DNA of 64,000 nt from positions 371,938,001-372,002,000 of the forward strand of contig OZ024743.1 of the NCBI GenBank assembly GCA_964016885.1, in the 5' to 3' direction. Source of the stretch: Eledone cirrhosa (taxonomy: Eukaryota). Positions 13,401 through 25,400 of the stretch are shown piece by piece; positions within the stretch are counted from its first letter, which is position 1, and the number at the start of each line of letters is the position of its first letter. The notes under the pieces were generated by a model that was not told the origin of the DNA, did not search any database, and worked only from the letters and a program-made list of their open reading frames with translations. Position numbers and translations under genes: made by a program.

Positions 13401-16400
13401 CTCAGAAGTCCCTGGCTGTTGAAATGTATTATGGAATGGATACAATTAGGAAGCATGATTTGAATCTTGAGTCAAAAAAAAACAAAAACAAATCCTTCCT
13501 TGATGAAGTTACTGCAGCATTAGTTGTAGTTATGAGTGAGTCATATATCCTAATGAGAGACTTTAATGCACATGTTGGCACTGACCACCTGATATGGAAA
13601 AGAGTTATTGGAGAGGACAGCAACCCCAATCTAAATACAAATAAACAGGCCATATTAGACTTCTGCTCTTGTAATGGCCTCTCTATTGTGACATTTTCTT
13701 CCAGCATAAAGATATTTACACATGGTTTAAGGGGACAAAGGTTAGTATTTGATATTTTTTGTCTCTGATCTGGATGTTTGTGTTAAGAACAGGCAGAGCT
13801 ATCAACTGATCACCATCTAGTTATCTGCGTTGAGCTTGACCTACAGGATAAGGTGGATAGTAGTGGCTGATGAGGCCAGGACCAGGTGTGCGGTTACTAT
13901 TGCATCCAAATTCAGAGAACTATCGGAACAAACTGAGGATGTTGAAATAAAGTGGAAACAGTTTAGCAGTTTCTGCTTCAATTGTTAAATGCTGTGTGCA
14001 AAAGCAGATTGGTGTGGTTTACCTGGTTCAACCAGGGAGTTAAGGATGCCATCTGAACATAGAATGAGTCTTACAAATCTTGGCTAGGTAATAAATCTTC
14101 CTCCATGCAGTAAAGACGTTCATGGTTAAGATATGAGAGGACTTTAGGGTTAAGTTGGAATTTGACTTTAGATCAGCAGATAAAAATATTCTGGCAGACC
14201 ATCCACCGACTTTGTAATAAGAAGTTCCCTTCATACCTATCAGGAACTTGTCTGGGGTTCTTCTCCCTGAAGAGAGCATTCTCATGAAGTGGAGAGAATA
14301 CTTTGCTGATCTCCTAAATCTGGTCACAACATCTGATGTACATGAAGTACATCTAGGGGCAAACTCTTAACCTCTCACTAGAGCAATTAAAGCACTCAAA
14401 TGTGGCAAGGCTTCTGGGAAAGATGAAACTTGGCTTGAGATATTAAAATCCACAAGTAGGTAAGGTATTCTCTGGCTGACTCATGTGAGCCAGGTGGTTT
14501 GGATCTCTGGAAAGGCACCTAAGCAATGGCAATTGGGAGTGATAATCCCAATTTTCAAAATGGGAGAAGAGAGAGATTGCTATAATTATGGAGGAATCTC
14601 CTTGTTAAGGCTCCCCAGTAAAGTCTATGCTAAGTGTCTAACAAAGAGATATAGCAATGTTGTTGAGTACAAATTAGCTGAGGAACAGTGTGGCTTTTGT
14701 CAATAAATATTTTTCTTTTTTTTTAAATTTGCTTTCCCTTTCACATCGATATTATTTTGAATAAGCACTATACAATTTGATTATCTCTATGTGGCAGGCT
14801 GCCATAATTGTGGTCTGTGTATAACTAGTTATATACACACCACAATTATGGCAGCCTGCCACATAGACCATTTGATTCTAAAATCAACCTTATTATCTTT
14901 GAGTCACCTTTATATAGCTAGATGCATGGAGATAATTAAACTTAAAAGCAACAGAATTAATTGGAAATCAGAAATTATCATGAACTGCAAGCATAAATGA
15001 AAACATTCTTTCTTGAACTTAAACTGTCCTTGACTAGAACCAGGTGGCACATCATTGGATTAAGTAGCCCACTTATAAAACCACCGCTAGTAGATATATC
15101 AACACCTATGTATATTTATTCCACACCTCACCAAGTACATGTGCATACACACTTGATAAACATCATCCTAATTATCCATAAATAAGAAAAGTAGCAAGTG
15201 AAAACTGGTCTCTAAATTAGTACAAATATAGTAATGTAGCAAGCTACTTTCCTGTGACGCATTGATACCCTTTCGGTTAAGGTAAACACCTCTTAAATTC
15301 GTTCCTCAAGCATAAACAATATGTAACAACAAAACATCACTGCGGGCCTAGCTAACGCCTCAGCCAGTTGACCGTACCTTCTCAAACCTTAATTTTGTTT
15401 GTTCATTTCTTTTGGCATGCCAGCTCAGCTAACGCAGCTCTTCTTGCAATCTTTGTTAATAAATTATATGTAAAAACATTATAAAGCCTTATGATGCTAT
15501 TTACCACAACATTGCCTTTAACTGCTTCACTGGTGACTTCTATCGATACAAAATACACCAATACAAACATTAACATTCTCTCATATATATCTCTTATTAT
15601 AAACTTCTAAAGTAATCTTGGATGTTATAGAAAGGCAACAAACCCATTTGTTGAATAGAATTCTATCACGATTTTAACTTCCTGACTCCCCCACTTCTAA
15701 ATCCTTCACCACCTTTACCCCTCCACCTCCTTCTCACCACACCAATGGTTCTTAACAATTCAAAGTGAATATCTACTGTAAAACCCTGGTCTTGCATGAA
15801 TGACTTTCCTTCTAATATCTTGTCTGGGGCTCAGCTAATGCCCAAAGATGGTACCTGCAATCTCGGCTCTCCAGTTCTCTAGAAAGCCATACGAGAGTGC
15901 CTGAAGACCATGCACGCAGACCTGTTGAAGATGATGGAGAGGTTGTGTCTCATTGACATGCACCTGACACTCTTCCTCCTGAGGAATTGCTTTGCCGTTC
16001 CTAAATTTTTGTTCACTCTGTGTGAGATGCCTTGTCACCTTCTCGCAGATAGCCTAAGTGAACTCGATGCCACCATCTGACACTGTGTGCAACTCATCTG
16101 TAATGTTAGTTTCGACATCGAAAGTTGGCAACAGGTGAAGCTCCCTATGAGGTTTAGTGTGCAACTCATCTGTAATGTTAGTTTCGACATCGAAAGTTGG
16201 CAACACGTGAAGCTCCCTATGAGGTTTAGCAGCCTAGGCCTACCTCTCCTCAATCTCCTCCAGTTGCATCTTCTTCAGCAAGATTGCAGAACCTGACGTG
16301 CTCATGAAGGCTTGGACCAACACTACCTGGCCTGCCCCTGTTCCACTTTGCAGCTAAACAGCAGTGCATGGCTCAATTTGTGCCATTCTTGATGATGAGT

Positions 16401-19400
16401 GCACTTGCATTTGAGTAGCCCAACGCCTTGGCCTCCACATGTGTAAGCCACGCAAATGCCGTTGTGGAGCTGTCGACAAGTTTGGCTTGCACCCACTATC
16501 ATGCTGCCAAAGTGCAGCCTGGTTCCCCCAACATACCGCTCTCAACGGCATAATGATTTTGTCATTTCTTACATGCTTTTCTCCAAAACATCCTGATTTA
16601 CACTGTGAGAATCATATTTGTTGTACTTTTCATATTTTTGGCAGTGCTTTTCTGGCTGGATGTTTTGGTGAAAAGCGTGTAAGAAATGACACTGGTGCAT
16701 TTAGCACTACTGGTACCCAAAAGAAAGAGGCTTGGAAATGTTACTATGAGAGATTGATGAATGTGGAGAATAAATGGGAAGAAGAGAAACTACCCCACCA
16801 ACCTACTCTCAACCATTGAAATTGATAGTTATAGGTTTGAAGAAGCAATCAAAGAGATGAAGAATGGTAAAGCTGCAAGACGTCATCAAGTTTAGATTGC
16901 AAATAATTTCTGTTACTACCAAACAACTTCCACCGTGTTTAGTCATGCCTACCAACACACAATTCTTAGCATTGCTAAGTCTGTGCCATTCAGAGATGGT
17001 TCCCTAAAACAATAACACTCTGTTTGTGTTTGCTGTAATCCTGTTATCGATTACCTAATCTTTGCAATCTACAATCATGATCTGATGATGTAACCAGGTC
17101 ATAGAAATATGTATTGTGTTTTTGCAGCATTAAAAAATTATTTTGAGTTTTGCTTTCTGTTGTTTTAAAATAAATATCTAACTCTGTTCTAGTACCAAGC
17201 ATGAGATACCACATCTACAATGGAGGATTTGCATAACATCGAGTGCTTTAACTCATTTCATCACGCTTGCTAAATGGAATGACCAGTTCTACCTATTGGT
17301 AAACCACACAACATAAATGGTTCCTGCGTTGTTGTTGTTTTTTACTTTTCTATATATATATATAAAGAGGAAAGCAAGAACGGGAGAAAATTTTCCTTTT
17401 AAAGACGATGTCTCACCCCAGGGCATCAATAACTCAAGGAAGTTATTGGGGAAAAAAGGGGAAAGAAATAGAGAAAACAATAGTAACAGAAGGGAAGAGG
17501 GAAGGAAAAAACAGTGAAAAAACAGGAAGCAAATGTTTGTGAGCAACTGGAAGAGAGAGAAAAATTAAAGTTGACATCAATTACTGAACAGACGAGAGAA
17601 AACACGTCTGACCTCCGCAAGAGTAAGTGAGAGAGAGCTTGAGGGGCAGGCGAGAGAAACAGGTGGTTAGCAGGGAGAAAGGGAGAGGAAGAGTTGATAG
17701 CAACAAAATAGATAGGGAGAAAGAGAGGATGTCACAGTGAAACTTGATACGAATTTAAGAATAAACAGGCTGTGTAGTTGCATGATAAGGTGTACTTATA
17801 AAAAGAGGAAAAAAAGAACAGGAGAAAATTTTCCTTCATCAGTTGTCTGCTGCGGGTCTTGGACATTAAAGACTATATATTTTTCAATGCATTAAAGACT
17901 ATATATTTTTCTTCTTCGCCCACTTATTTCCGAGAGGGTCGTGGGGGCAAAGTCCTTAAACACTCTCTTGTCAGAAGTAAATGTCTTCAACTTATTCGGC
18001 TGGATCCCCAAGGGTGACCAGTCTATCTCATGGAAGTTATCCAACCATCTTGGTTTCGCCCGTAAAATCTGTCTAGCGATTCTTTCCTGAGACATTCTAA
18101 CCACATGTCCATTGTATCGGAACTGTCATCTATATCTATATATACCAAACATTTAAAATAAACATTATAAACATTATTACCTGTGATTTTTGAGTTTAAA
18201 TCCCACCAAGGTTAGTTTTGCCTTTCATCTTTCCGGAGTCGATAAAATAAAGTACTAGTAACACACTGGGGTTAATTTAATCGGCTTTCCCCACCCCTTC
18301 AAATTGCTGGCCTTGTGCCAAAAGTAGAAACAATTATCGAACTGTTTTTAAAAGTGAACAAAACTTTTTTTGTTTGTCTTGGAAGAGTATGGGTGGTAAA
18401 ATTTGAGATGAATTTTATAAGTTGAACAGGTTATCTGCCCTTCGCTCAATTTTTTTTGGAAAGAATTATACATAGTCTCGATTTAATTAATATGAACTTT
18501 ACGAATTAGTTCTTTGAAATTATTTTGTCTAAAAAGTTTGAGGATAGGAATTTTTTTCTCTGGCCAAGCCCTTATCGACTTCTTCATGTATCACACGAAA
18601 TTAAGTGAAACCTGTAGTTCCCAAGCTTTTTAGTTTAATCATGGCATACTGAACAAGTGAAAATGTTATTCGAAAATCTATTCAACAGAGTTGATATTAG
18701 CATATCATAAAGTTGTAATCTTTGTGGGTATGGTGTGGCGTGCGGTGGCCGGAGGCGGGGGAGTGCTCGACCGGAAGGGTCTTTTGGCCGGAAGGATGCT
18801 CGACCGGAAGGGCCAGCAGAGGGCCTCTCTCTAGTGGTGACCCGCACACGGTGTGGACGCGAGTTTGGGCAGCTCCCGGTGTTAAGCAGTTGGACGCACG
18901 TGGAAGAGGAGTACCTGCAGTGGAATTTAGCGGCGCCTGTGAAAAGCAGTAAGTGAGATAGCTTTTTCTAACCACAAGCTATTTCGGCGACTGGAACAAA
19001 AAAAAAAAAAAAAAACACTTGCCGCAAGACAAATCAGAAGATGGCGACAAGACTACGGATGAACGAAGCTATCAGGACATTCACCGGGGAAGGTGATGTT
19101 GTCGCTTGGCTGCGGAAGGTTCGGCTGGTCGCAAGCTTGCAGAAGATAGAGGACGTGGCCGGCCTCATGGCATTGTACCTCGAGGGCGACACGTTGGTAC
19201 TCTTCCTTGAGTTGGACGAGCACAGCCAAAGAGATGTGCAGAAGATTGAGAGGCGTCTGATGGATGCATTCGCTAAGCTGGCGAGAATCAGGTGGAATGG
19301 TGAGCGCGTTGACATTTTCGCAGCGGAAATAAGGCGGTTGGCTATGTTGGCCGGTTACCAGGCGGAATGCAAACGCACGGTGCGGTTGGCGTTCATCAAT

Positions 19401-22400
19401 GGATTTCCGGACGACATAGCGGTGAAACTGCAGCAAGTCCCGGGTTATAAAGAGATGGAAATGCGTTCACTGGTGGAACAAGCCCGGATCATAGCGGAAG
19501 ATGCCAAAAGGAGTGTTGCGGCGATAGCAACTACGGAGGCTCAGGACACCTGGCAGCGAAATGGTGAAAGAGAGGCAACCTCGGCACGCGGCCGTCCGCA
19601 TGCGTTTAGGGGGCGCTGTTTTCGGTGCCAGGGCCCGCATATGGCTAGAGACTGTAGAGAGTCGAAGCCGGAAATAATTTGCTACCGGTGTAAGCGACCA
19701 GGCCACATCGCTACTAACTGCGACCAGGGAAACGATCCAAGGGGAACTACTGCACCGGTAGTTGCCCCTTACGAGTAGCGGCGCTGCCCGTGGTGGAAGT
19801 CTTCGTGAGGGGGAAGCCACAGCGAGCCCTCGTGGATACGGGCTGTACGACGACACTGATGACCGCGGGGGTGGCGCAGAGGTGGGGAGGGAAGAGCAGC
19901 GTAAGGGCAGTCGACGGCAGGAAAATTGAATGCCGAGGTCGCAGCGAGATGGAAATAGCGGTACGGGGAAGGAGGATAAGGCTTTCCGCCATCGTGGTAG
20001 ACAGTGTGGTGGATGGGATCAGCGTGGTTATGGGCATGGACGCGATTGGCCGTCTAGGGGGCGTCACGGTGAGCATTGTCGGTGTGTCGTTTGGCGCCGC
20101 TGCATCGGTATGCGCTGTGAGTGCACGTCATGAGAACCAGAAGGTCCACGAGGAGGAATACCCCGCTTACACTGTACAGGACAAAGACTTCAAGGCCGTG
20201 TTTGATGGGCAGCGATGGGTTGTTGAGTGGTACCTGAAGGGAGAACCACCAACACTGAAGACCAAAGTGGGCTGCTATCAACACACATTGAAGGGAAACG
20301 CTAGGAGCGAGTTCGAGCGAGAAGTAGAGAGATGGATCGAAGAGGGCATACTGCTGCCCTGGAAGGAGGAGGTGAAGTGCGGAGTATTGCCGTTGATGGC
20401 GGTGGTGCAACCCACGAAGAGCAAGGTGAGGCCGGTGCTGGACTATCGAGAGCTGAACGAGCACGTGTCATGCCACTCGGGTGGCGAGGTCACGGATGTC
20501 TGTGGGGAAACCCTGCGTGAGTGGAGACGCATGACGGGGGGTTCAGCGATCATGGATCTAAAGTCGGCTTACTTGCAGCTGCATATAGATGAGAAGCTCT
20601 GGCGGTATCAGCTGGTCAGGTATAAGGGTCGGACATATTGCCTGACCAGGCTCGGTTTCGGGCTGAGCTCCTCACCGAAGATCATGGCGGCGGTCCTCAA
20701 GACCGCTCTGGGGAGGGCCGACAAGATAAAGACGGCTACTAACTCCTATATTGACGACATCCTAGTGGACGAGTCGGTGGTGTCGATGGCGGAGGTCACG
20801 AGCCATTTGTGGAGGTATGGACTGACTGCGAAGCCATCAGAAGCATTGGAGGGAGGAGCCGCGCTGGGACTTAGGCTACGGCGAGACAAGACGGGCGTTT
20901 TGGTGTTCCAGAGGGGAAACGAAGTTCCGGAACTGGGCCCCAAGTATGAATAGGCGGGAGCTTTTCTCGGTGTGTGGAAAGCTGGTGGGTCACTACCCGA
21001 TCGCAGGATGGCTCCGGACGGCATGCAGCTATGTCAAGAGACGAGCGGGAGGGGTGACTTGGAGTGACAGAGTGGGAGAGAGGACGATGGCCATGATGCA
21101 GGAGATCATGGGGAGGATGAAGGCCGACGACCCAGTGCGGGGACGCTGGTACGTTCCCAAATCACAGAGCGGGACCATATGGTGCGATGCCAGCAGCATA
21201 GCGCTGGGTGTCACGTTGGAGATAGGTGTTGAGGTCGAGGATGCAGCCTGGCTTAGAAAGAAGGACGACTGCAGCCACATCAATGTGGCCGAGCTGGACG
21301 CGGTGTTGAGAGGGGTGAACCTCGCCCTGCGGTGGGGGCTGTGCACCATTGAGATACGCACCGACTTGGCTACTGTACTCGGATGGGTAAGATCAGTGCT
21401 CACCAGTGAGAAGAGAGTGCGAACGAGAGGCGCGGCGGAGATGCTGATAAAGCCCCGCCTGGGAACGTTAGGAGAGCTGGCCACCGAGTTCGACCTGAAG
21501 CTGAGCGTAGTGTTCGTGCCCTCAGAGAAATATAGGGCGGACATCTTAACTAGAGTGAAGAAAGCCTGGATGGAAGCGCCGGAGGAGTTAGAGGATGAGA
21601 TAGCTGCCGTGTGTCGGCTGACCGAGTTAGACCTGAAGGGGTTGCATGACATGCACCACATGGGGGTGGATAGGAGCCTGTTCCTAGCCAGGAGAATCAA
21701 CTCGGACGTTAGCAGACACAGAGTTCAGGGGGTGATTAGAAGCTGCGTCCGATGTCAGTCCATTGATCCCGCCCCGGGTGTACACGAAACGGGAAGCCTC
21801 CCGACTGGAAGCGATTAGCAGTGGATGTGACGCACTACCGGCAGGGAACGTACCTCTCGATGGTCGACTGTGGACCAGGCCGAATGGCGATATGGAGCGA
21901 GATGAGGACTGGAACGGCCGAGGAAATCGTGCGGACCTTGAGAGAGGTGTTCTTGGAGCGGGGCCCTGTGGACGAACTGCTCGGAGGCACTGAGGGAGAT
22001 GCTCGATGGATGGAAGGTGGACCGTTTCTTCAGAGCGGCGCACAGGCCGAGCGGGAATGGAATTGTGGAGCGACACCACCGGACGATCAAGGCAATGGCG
22101 GAGCGGGGCCATATCTCACCAATGGAGGCAGTGTTCTGGTACAATATGTCCCCTCGGGTTGGACAGGTCGAGGAATCGGTGCCACACACAGCAGTATTCA
22201 GATACGAGTGGCGGCACCCGTGCACGCCACCATAACGGCCAGTGGGGAGAGAGAGTGCATTCGTGCAGGTGGGCGAAGAAGTCTGGGTTAAGCCCCCAGA
22301 TGCACGTTGCACATCTCAATGGGGAAGGGGAACGGTGACGGCCGTAAATTCAAAGAACAATGTGTCCGTGGACGGAGTACCACATCATGTCCTGGATGCA

Positions 22401-25400
22401 AGAAGAATCACTGTGTCGACGGACTCCGAGGAAGAGGAAACCCAAGATGAGGTGGAAACCCAGAGCTCTGCCCCAATACTACGAAGATCGCAACGAAGTC
22501 GTAGACCACCGACCTGGACAGCAGACTTTCATATGCAGAGGGATGAGGAGGAAATTGATCCTTGAGATCAGGGGGGCGTGTGGGTATGGTGTGGCGTGCA
22601 GTGGCCGGAGGCGGGGGGAGTGCTCGACCGGAAGGGTGTGTGGCGTGCGGTGGCCGGAGGCGGGGGAGTGCTCGACCGGAAGGGTCTTTTGGCCGGAAGG
22701 ATGCTCGACCGGAAGGGCCAGCAGAGGGCCTCTCTCTAGTGGTGACCAGCACACGGTGTGGACGCGAGTTTGGGCAGCTCCCGGTGTTAAGCAGTTGGAC
22801 GCATGTGGAAGAGGAGTACCTGCAGTGGAATTTGGCGGCGCCTGTGAAAAGCGGTGAGTGAGATAGCTTTTTCTAACCACAATCTTAACTATAATAAAGG
22901 AAGGTCTGTGGGATTGCATCCAGAATATATTTTTTTTACTCCGTTTGTAAAATAAGTTGGATTACTTTGAATAAATAATGAATGAATATTACATAATTTA
23001 TGTGCTAAATTTTGTGGCTGTTGATTAAATATATTTTATAGCTTAATCTTTAAAATTATCAAATATCAACACTTCCGGTTAGCGGCCGTTATATTATAAC
23101 ACTTATAATCGCATATATTTCCGTCGCTAATTTTCTCCTAATGCAGTTTATATATAATGTCGTCTTTTTTTTAATATATCATGGATTACTGATTACAGAA
23201 GACAGTGTAACATAGGCTTTGTTAAATTTCTGTGTATATTGTCAATTACGATTTTATTTGATGTATCATATTTACATGCATATATATTTGTGTATAATAT
23301 CAATATACACACTACACATGACAGTAGAAAAATACCCGTTGGGTGGTTTTTCTGCTAGTATAGATAATAAAAATACAAAAAAATATATATATATTTTTTT
23401 GTATTTCCTTCTTTTGTATATAAAAAGAGCAAAGTTGTCAATGATAGTTGTATTACTTTTATCTATTTTTGTTGAAAGTCACTCGTAAATTTTCTTGTCC
23501 ATTCTTTGTTTTGTTATCACCTCACATGCAGCGGTTCTCCAAACTATTGCACAAATTGGCATTACATGTGCAATACCACCTTAATACATGATATTGCATA
23601 CCAACAAGGTGTCTGACATGCAGTTGTATATATATAATGGTAAATTTCATTTGCTATTGTATAGATTGGACTACCCTCCAGCAACATCATTAAAGAATAA
23701 TGTTTTTTCTCTGAAGATTCTAAGAACATATATATAGACCTGTTATATTGATATTATGCCTTAGATAAAACACTGTGTAAGGAGTAAATTTTGTTTTTAA
23801 ATGTATTGCCTTCCCCTCCATTTGAGTCTTGTTACTCTGGAGTTTCAAATGTAATAAACAGGTCAAACTCTACAGTAACATAATATAAATGAATATTAAA
23901 ACTTTTCTTTGGTATTGAGTACTCCTATGTGGTTGAGGGCTGAGAGAAAGGAGTACTCAATACCGAAGAAAAGTTTTAATATTCATTTATATTTAGGCTA
24001 AAAAGTGGGTCTATATATATATATATAGAGATGCTGAAGGCATCTGGGTCTGTAGGTCACACTATAACCACACGTATTGTTAACCAGGTAATACTAGAAG
24101 GTGTCATACCAAAAGATTGGTGCAGTAGCATCATTGTCAACTGCTACAAAGGTAAAGGTGATGCACTAGATAGAGGAAACTATAGAGGTATAAAGCTGAT
24201 GGACCAGGTCATGAAAGTACAGAAAGAGTTACAGCACAGTTGATTAGGGACTGGGTGAAACTAGATGAGATGTAATTTGGGTTTGTACCAGGAAGAGGCA
24301 CCACTTATGCCCTCTTCCTTGTGAGGCAGTTACAGGAAAAGTACCTAGCTAAAAGTAAGCCGCTCTACCTGGCATTCGTCGATCTCGAGAAAGCCTTTGA
24401 CAGAGTTCCTCGTGCTATAATCTGGTGGGCTCTTAGAAAACTAGGAGTAGATGAATGGCTTGTGAAAGCTGTACAAGCCATGTATAGGGAAGCAGTCAGC
24501 AAAGTTAGGATTAGCAATGAGTATAGCGAGGAATTTAGCGTACTGGTTGGTGTCCACCAGGGCTCTGTTCTTAGCCCTCGCCTGTTCATCATAGTCCTGC
24601 AGGCAATAACGGAGGAGTTTAAGACCGGATGCCCTCGCACTTATAGCTGAATCTATGGTAGAACTAGAGAAGATATTCCAAACTTGGAAGCAGGGACTAG
24701 AAAGAAAGGGTCTCAAAGTCAACCTGACAAAGACTAAGGTCCTTGTAAGTAGACGAGAAAACAGAACCCAGATCTCCTCAGGGAAATGGCCTTGCTCAGT
24801 ATGTAGGAAAGGTGTAGGTAGGAACTCCATTATCGGCCCCAAATGCAAACAATGGGTACACAAGAGATGTAGCGGGATCTCAGGAAGCTTAATTAAGAAT
24901 GTAGGCTTCACATGTAGCAGCTGTGCTGGGACAGCAAGCAGTAAACATCCACAGGAAACAAGTACCACCAAACTGTGGGAGGGCTCTGTAGAAACAGTAG
25001 ACAGCTTCTACTACCTAGGAGACCGAATTAGCAGCGGAGGTGGGTGTTCAGAAAGTACAATAACTGGGGTAAGAACGGGATGGAAGAAGTTCAGGGAGCT
25101 ACTGCCACTGCTAGCTGCAAAAGGTTTCCCCCTCAAAATGAAAGGCAGACTGTATGATGCGTGTATCCGAATAGCAATGTTACATGGTAGTGAGACCTGG
25201 GCGCTGAAGGTGGAAGACTTACGTAGATTAGAAAGAAACGAAGCCTGCATGCTCCGATGGATGTGTAATAGTAATATACACGAACGGCAAAGCATAAATG
25301 AATTGAGAGAGAGACTGCTGCATAAAAAGGTGCAGAGCACTAAAAGCCAATGGAAGCCGCGGAGTGGGGAGACCCAAGAAGACCTGGGATGAGGTGATAG

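Larger units (their letters stand above)
18723..22881 (+). mobile_element. Young, compact LTR retroelement (gag, PR-RT-RH-IN order), 4159 bp, with disabling indels in pol
   Basis: LTRs 18723-18976 and 22579-22881 (TGT...ACA), 5-bp TSD ATCTT on both sides, purine-rich tract GAGATCAGGGGGGCG before the 3' LTR, GC/CpG-rich against the AT-rich host. Confidence 0.95.

Noticed and set aside
20940-20953. A second programmed frameshift between RT and RNase H
   Set aside because: No slippery heptamer, and the decayed copy near 31960-31995 appears to keep one frame here; more likely an indel or sequencing error.
18700-22900. GC-rich island as bacterial contamination or a horizontally acquired gene cluster
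   Set aside because: It is bounded exactly by LTRs and a TSD, and decayed relatives occur in the same locus.
18635-22919. Many overlapping minus-strand and alternative-frame ORFs in the LTR element
   Set aside because: Expected shadow ORFs of GC-rich coding sequence and LTRs; no independent motifs.
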